Shown here: one piece after another, positions 59,372 through 64,000 of the stretch
How positions within the stretch are numbered: the first letter of the stretch is position 1
Layout of the letters: each line of letters opens with the position of its first letter
Source: an uncultured Candidatus Saccharibacteria bacterium
GTDB lineage: Bacteria > Patescibacteriota > Minisyncoccia > Phycocordibacterales > UBA9973
Assembly (NCBI GenBank): GCA_964456475.1
Contig: CAYVZI010000004.1
Location: 7,604 to 71,603, forward strand
DNA length: 64,000 nucleotides
Direction: 5' to 3'
The notes under the pieces: model-generated
Database searches by the model: none
Told to the model about the DNA's origin: nothing
The model's input: only the letters and a program-made list of their open reading frames with translations
Position numbers and translations under genes: made by a program

Positions 59372-59614
59372 ATTACAATAAGATCATTACCATTGTAATA
59401 AAGAATGCTCACGGGTTTTCTTTCAGTGGCTCAAATCTTGTCGCTCGAGAATAACTATCGGTATGCTGATAGTTAGGGTGGGTGGTTGGATTTTTTAAAA
59501 AAGATATTTTGTTGGTATCGTCATCTAGTGGAGTACGATTCTCTCCCAAATACTATACAGCACAGTCTTTGCATATCTTCGGCTGGCAGTGACACTGATG
59601 GGTGATGGTACGAA

Positions 59615-59717
59615 AGTGGTTCGCGTTGCGAACGTCAACTGGAATGGTGACAGCTGGAACTGTAACGTGAACGACCTCGACAACTGGAACAAGGGCAATG
59701 AGGTGCTTTCTCGAAAC
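59615..59717 (+). ncRNA. DGR template repeat (TR)
   Basis: AAC/AAT-rich counterpart of VR: gcg aac gtc aac tgg aat ggt gac agc tgg aac tgt aac gtg aac... Confidence 0.95.
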
Positions 59718-59737
59718 ACAACACTTTCTCCTGCAAG

Positions 59738-60079
59738 TTATTTTGTGGGAGTTTTCTTTTCTAGTCCTTTTTTCCATCCGCCGAGCATTTTTCCGATTTC
59801 ATCGAGCTGTGCTGAGAGAGCCATATATTTTTCGTTCGGTACGCATTTGTTTTCCCAGGCGAGTTGCAGAAAGAATTTTACACCGTCGAGTTTGCTGATA
59901 GACATTTCTATTCGCGGAATTTTGCGTTCAACGGGAAGATAGAGCGTCGTAAAGATGCACTCAAGCAGCTCAAGAAAATATGCGTCAATCTTTCCGCCTA
60001 GGCTGTAACGGTAGGCTTTGGGAAAATCTAATAAAATCTTAAACCATAAAGCATAGGAATCTTTTGCTTTCAAAAGCAC
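59738..60079 (-). CDS. avd: Avd-like accessory protein; true start possibly ATG 60135 across the (CA)n tract
   Basis: FPKAYRYSLGGKI...LDGVKFFLQLA...EIGKMLGGW; located between TR and RT. Confidence 0.85.
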   Translation of the reverse strand: MLLKAKDSYALWFKILLDFPKAYRYSLGGKIDAYFLELLECIFTTLYLPVERKIPRIEMSISKLDGVKFFLQLAWENKCVPNEKYMALSAQLDEIGKMLGGWKKGLEKKTPTK

Positions 60080-60089
60080 GCTCGGGCTA

Positions 60090-60123
<34 letters not shown>

Positions 60124-60133
60124 AAGTTCCGAC

Positions 60134-61222
60134 ATGATACGATGCAGTATAGTGAAAAAGTTTGATAAACGCTACTCGAATATATTTACCTTGGAACTGC
60201 TAATGACCGCTTGGCGGGTATTTTTGAACGGCAAGCGGAAACGAGCGGATGTTATCTTGTTCCAGTCACGATTGATGAATAATATATTTTCCCTGCATCG
60301 CGATATTTCAGAAAGAACATATGTACACGGTGGATATACTGCATTCAATATTTCCGATCCCAAGCCTCGCAGTATTCATAAAGCAACCGTTCGTGACCGA
60401 TTGCTGCATCATCTGATATATCAAGAATTGTATCGGTACTTCGACTCAAAATTCATCTTTGATTCATATTCATGTAGGGTGGAAAAGGGGACACATAAGG
60501 CCATTGATCGATTTCGGGATTTTGGACGGGTTGTTTCAAAGAACAACACTCGGACATGTTTTGTTTTGAAATGCGATATTAGGAAATTCTTTGCCAATAT
60601 AGATCATGTGATCCTGAAAGAAATTTTGGCGAAGCATATTGAGGATGAGGATATTCTTCAGCTTCTTGGAACGGTGATTGATAGTTTTGATACTTCGGAA
60701 CCACCCCGTTTTGACTACAAAACACCCCTCCTTAGTAAAGGAGGGGAAAAAGCCCGAGGTTTACCACTCGGTAACCTTACGAGTCAGCTTTTGGTAAACA
60801 TTTATATGAATGAATTCGACCATTTTATGAAGCGCGAAATGAAAGCGAAGTACTATATTCGTTATGCTGACGATTTCGTTATTTTGAGCGAAGACAAGGC
60901 ATACCTAGAAAATTTGCTTCCGAAAATCGCGGAATTTTTGGAGACAAGACTCAAGCTCTCGCTTCATCCTGACAAAGTCTTCATCAAGACGCTTTCATCA
61001 GGTGTAGATTTTCTTGGTTGGATTCATTTCTCGCATCATCGGGTCTTGCGAACTGCGACAAAGCGGAGAATGTGGAAGCGTTTGGTTGAGATGGAAGGAA
61101 AAATGGAAGTAGTCCATTCATACCTAGGTTTGCTGAGTCACGGAAATGCAGTCATGCTATCAAATGATATTATTTCAACATATGCAACAGAATCATTGCA
61201 AAAAAACCATTTTCTGGTATAG
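60134..61222 (+). CDS. DGR-type reverse transcriptase (start ATG 60134 or GTG 60152)
   Basis: DPKPRSI, VRDRLLHH, SYSCR..KGTH.A, LKCDIRKFFANIDH, GLPLGNLTSQ, RYADDF, GVDFLG. Confidence 0.95.
   Translation: MIRCSIVKKFDKRYSNIFTLELLMTAWRVFLNGKRKRADVILFQSRLMNNIFSLHRDISERTYVHGGYTAFNISDPKPRSIHKATVRDRLLHHLIYQELYRYFDSKFIFDSYSCRVEKGTHKAIDRFRDFGRVVSKNNTRTCFVLKCDIRKFFANIDHVILKEILAKHIEDEDILQLLGTVIDSFDTSEPPRFDYKTPLLSKGGEKARGLPLGNLTSQLLVNIYMNEFDHFMKREMKAKYYIRYADDFVILSEDKAYLENLLPKIAEFLETRLKLSLHPDKVFIKTLSSGVDFLGWIHFSHHRVLRTATKRRMWKRLVEMEGKMEVVHSYLGLLSHGNAVMLSNDIISTYATESLQKNHFLV
60700..60746 (+). repeat. REP-like palindrome in frame inside the RT gene
   Basis: accaccccg-ttttg(acta)caaaa-cacccctcct-tagtaa-aggagggg; same architecture as 50028-50073. 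Confidence 0.75.
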
Positions 61223-61309
61223 TTTGCGGGTATTGCTCCTTAGCTGTGTCTCGGCGGGAACAAGAAATCTTTACATTATATAGACCATTAATTAACTATT
61301 TAGAATACT

Positions 61310-61564
61310 ATGGCAATCACCAGTTCAGCAAAAAAGGCCATTCGCGTTTCAGCTCGTAAGAAAGTTCTCAACGATCGCCGAAACAAGAATATGAAAGAGG
61401 CTATCAAGAAGCTCGAAAAGTCTGTAAAGGCAGAAGGGAAGGAAGCAGGGGCAAAGATGCTCTCTGCGGCATTCCAAGCTGTCGACAAGGCTGCAAAGCG
61501 CGGAATCATCAAGAAGAATACCGCATCTCGCAAAAAGGCTCGTCTTTCACGTCTCGTAAAATAA
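61310..61564 (+). CDS. rpsT: 30S ribosomal protein S20
   Basis: MAITSSAKKAIR...VDKAAKRGIIKKNTASRKKARL. Confidence 0.96.
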   Translation: MAITSSAKKAIRVSARKKVLNDRRNKNMKEAIKKLEKSVKAEGKEAGAKMLSAAFQAVDKAAKRGIIKKNTASRKKARLSRLVK

Positions 61565-61596
61565 CAAAAATCGCCCCTCCGGGCGATTTTTGTTAT
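61561..61596 (+). terminator. Intrinsic terminator
   Basis: ataacaaaaatcgccc-ctcc-gggcgatttttgttat. Confidence 0.8.
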
Positions 61597-61652
61597 ACTG
61601 TGTCCGGTCTTGATTTTCTACTTACTACTAACTATTTTCTATCAACTAGTTT

Positions 61653-61910
61653 ATGGCATTAATCAATTTCTACGGACAGGAATGTCCACATTGTGAAAAA
61701 ATGGAATCAGTCATCCAGAAACTCGAACATGACACGGGTGTGAAAGTTGAACGTCGCGAAGTCTGGCACAGCGACGAAAATATGAAAACTCTCGAAAATT
61801 ATGACAAGGGTGTTTGTGGGGGAGTGCCGTACTTTTATAACACTGAAACTGGAAAATCAATCTGTGGCGAAGCAACGATCGAAGAATTAAAAGAGTGGAG
61901 TGGTAAATAA
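61653..61910 (+). CDS. Small thioredoxin/glutaredoxin-like protein
   Basis: FYGQECPHC; CGGVPYF; ICGE. Confidence 0.85.
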   Translation: MALINFYGQECPHCEKMESVIQKLEHDTGVKVERREVWHSDENMKTLENYDKGVCGGVPYFYNTETGKSICGEATIEELKEWSGK

Positions 61911-61985
61911 ACATAATTAATATTAAAAAATACCTGCATTGACAGGTATTTTTTAATATGTTAATATATAATCAAACTTAAAAAA

Positions 61986-62405
61986 ATGAATACAGCAGAA
62001 ACTATAAGTAGCGTGATGCAGGTAATCAACGCTTCAGGATGTTCGCCACTCGCGAACAAAATTTGCACAACGCTCCTTGCGGGTTCGGACGAGCTTACAA
62101 AAGGGTGTTATATTACACTCAGTAGTCCTACTAATTCACCATTTGTTTTTCGTGCTATTCAACATGCTTGGAGAGATATCGAGGATCTGGCTGGTGGTTA
62201 TGGAAAGCTTAATGAAATTCTTACCGCAAGCGGTTTAGAGTTGGAGTTTTTTGCAGCCAACGGACTCCTTGAGGGAGGTAAGTATATAAACAGGGTTTCT
62301 AGCGATACAGCTTGGGCTACTTATTGGCTTTGCAAAAGAAGCGACCAGCAAAAACAGGATTTATTAAAGGAAATACCAGTAAATTACATTCAATTGATTT
62401 CCTGA
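61986..62405 (+). CDS. Hypothetical protein
   Basis: ORF with an upstream TTGACA and a downstream hairpin. Confidence 0.55.
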   Translation: MNTAETISSVMQVINASGCSPLANKICTTLLAGSDELTKGCYITLSSPTNSPFVFRAIQHAWRDIEDLAGGYGKLNEILTASGLELEFFAANGLLEGGKYINRVSSDTAWATYWLCKRSDQQKQDLLKEIPVNYIQLIS

Positions 62406-62501
62406 TAGATAATTTTGCTCAAAAATTGAACGACCTCATAAGGGTCGTTTTTTCTTTACTAATTCTCTAAAATACCGTATAGTTCTAGGCGTTAATTAAA
62501 T

Positions 62502-62573
62502 GATTCTGTCGTTCAACGGATAGGACACTCCCCTGCGAAGGGAGAAATGCAGGTTCGATTCCTGCCAGAATCA
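62502..62573 (+). tRNA. tRNA-Arg(GCG), CCA not encoded
   Basis: GATTCTG/CAGAATC acceptor; CTCCC-CTGCGAA-GGGAG anticodon arm; GCAGG-TTCGATT-CCTGC T arm. Confidence 0.93.
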
Positions 62574-62785
62574 CAAAATACAAAACAGCCCCACCCGGGG
62601 CTGTTTTGTATTTTGTGATTCTGGAGCGACTGAACTGCTCATTCAGCAGGATGACTCTTGGAGGAAGTCGCGGCAGGAATCGAAAGCCGGAGCACGACGG
62701 TGCGAGGCGGGGTCGCGAACTTTTTCAGCAGAAAAAGATTCGTGACCGATACGTGTACCCACTTCCTGCCAGGAATCGAAAAGGT
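62574..62785. other. tRNA trailer element carrying an antisense copy of the tRNA-Arg 3' half
   Basis: Perfect 28-bp stem 62565-92/62597-624; gcaggaatcgaa 62673-84; TTTTTCAGCAGAAAAA hairpin. Confidence 0.75.
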
Positions 62786-62975
62786 TCTCCGTTATATTTT
62801 GAAAATTCATTTTCAAAATATCGGAAACCTGTACTGACCCAGTAGGGGTCGATAAGGCTACTGCCGGTCCTGCCAAAGTTGTTATGTAATGACCGATAAG
62901 CGTACTCGCGATCCTGCCAGTATCGTATTTTCGATCTTCCTGCTCGATTTTGTATCGGCATGCTATATTTTACCT

Positions 62976-63353
62976 ATGACACCTATCACAAAAATACTTC
63001 TTCGTATCGAAGAAAAAGCACGAAAATTTTTTGAACAATTTCCTTTTGCACAGGCATTTCTTGCTGGGGTTGGAATTATATTATTTTGGCGTGGCGTTTG
63101 GCACGGATTTGATGAATTAGGATTATCGTCTCTCTCTTCAATTATTATCGGAGCTCTGCTTCTGGGCGGAGTGGGCGTGTTTATTCAGACAATGATTGGT
63201 AACACTATTATCATCAAAAAAGTGAAGCAAGAAGAACAGATTGAAAAACAGGCAATCAAAAAAATGGAAAAGGAAGTTGTCACTGAAGAAATAACACTGC
63301 TTCAGTTGTCACAAAAGCTCGATCAGTTGATATCCCAGTCAAAAAAGGAGTAA
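62976..63353 (+). CDS. Small membrane protein
   Basis: Two TM helices; GVGIILFWRGVWH. Confidence 0.7.
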   Translation: MTPITKILLRIEEKARKFFEQFPFAQAFLAGVGIILFWRGVWHGFDELGLSSLSSIIIGALLLGGVGVFIQTMIGNTIIIKKVKQEEQIEKQAIKKMEKEVVTEEITLLQLSQKLDQLISQSKKE

Positions 63354-63379
63354 TCAAAAAACCGCCCGTATGGGCGGTT

Positions 63380-63853
63380 TTAAAATCCGATGTGTTCCAT
63401 TATGCGATGTGTAGCATGCTCGCGCATATCTTCTTTGTGTGGAATCTTTGTTTCAAGTATCTGTACTATTTCTTCTGTGCTAATCGAATTTGGAATGGGG
63501 ATTGAAATGAGTGGAGCAATGATGCGGTCTGATTCAATGAGGAGCTGGTTGCCCATCGTGTGCTCGTCAATCGCAAAACCTTTGATCTTTTTGTATTGAT
63601 AGAGAAAGTTTTTGATTTTGATCCCTTCATTGCTTATGGCAATCTCAATAATTTTCGGAATGCGAGCTGCATAATATCCAAGAAGGACTGACGCCAAAAT
63701 GATAAGAATGGCAAAGAGAACATTGTCGTAGATGACTGCAACAGTAGCACTCGCAAGTGCAATCAGGCCAAGTGCCCAAAACCAATCAGGGGTCTTTTCT
63801 CGGTGCACGTATTCTTCAGTTTGCCACGCAATGTAAATTTTTGAGTCCGCCAT
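63380..63853 (-). CDS. Membrane protein with two N-terminal TM helices
   Basis: WQTEEYVHREKTPDWFW followed by TM helices. Confidence 0.7.
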   Translation of the reverse strand: MADSKIYIAWQTEEYVHREKTPDWFWALGLIALASATVAVIYDNVLFAILIILASVLLGYYAARIPKIIEIAISNEGIKIKNFLYQYKKIKGFAIDEHTMGNQLLIESDRIIAPLISIPIPNSISTEEIVQILETKIPHKEDMREHATHRIMEHIGF

Positions 63854-63911
63854 ATTGCTATGGATTATTGTATCATGTTTTGAGGTGTAGAATATACGAA
63901 GATACATTTCT

Positions 63912-64000
63912 ATGCGAATACTCAAGTCTTTTTTGAATATGATTTTTCCAGACCGTTGTGTCGGGTGTGGTATTCGTGGGTTTTTGCTGTGTCGCGAGTG
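63912..64000 (+). CDS. 5' end of a ComF-like protein (double zinc ribbon), partial
   Basis: MRILKSFLNMIFPDRCVGCGIRGFLLCRE(C). Confidence 0.7.
   Translation, partial: MRILKSFLNMIFPDRCVGCGIRGFLLCRE

Noticed and set aside
59589-59942. 117-aa ORF covering TR
   Set aside because: It is the TR read in the VR frame plus antisense avd; no evidence of a separate protein.
60134-61222. RT as a group II intron, retron or CRISPR-associated RT
   Set aside because: The VR/TR pair, avd and GNLTSQ motif indicate a DGR; no intron domain V, msr/msd or cas gene seen.

Overview
This 64-kb window looks like the replication-origin region of a Patescibacteria/CPR (Parcubacteria-like) chromosome; the taxonomy is inferred from gene content and leaderless gene starts. 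It contains large coiled-coil and surface proteins, pcrA-rsmA, a CPR-type T4SS-like cluster (VirB6-like, PrgI, VirB4, pilin-peptidase), jag-yidC-yidD-rnpA-rpmH / dnaA-oriC-dnaN, PBP1A, tyrS, ruvC/ruvB/ruvA, a PilB-type ATPase, tsaE, polA, holA, mutM, rpsT and two tRNAs. Five features stand out. (1) An ORF inside oriC fuses a DnaA domain IV-like HTH to an HNH nuclease. (2) A complete diversity-generating retroelement has all 18 VR/TR mismatches at TR adenines; its avd lies antisense between TR and RT and appears frameshifted by a (CA)15 tract. (3) Both tRNA genes are followed by a structured trailer of shared architecture that carries a split antisense copy of that tRNA's own 3' half. (4) Three Avd-like four-helix-bundle genes are each bracketed by inverted 7-8-nt tandem arrays, and gene-free, telomere-like and in-frame copies of such arrays occur elsewhere. 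(5) Palindromic REP-like elements flank a GIY-YIG gene and sit in frame in polA and in the DGR RT. All calls were made by eye from motifs, without database searches.
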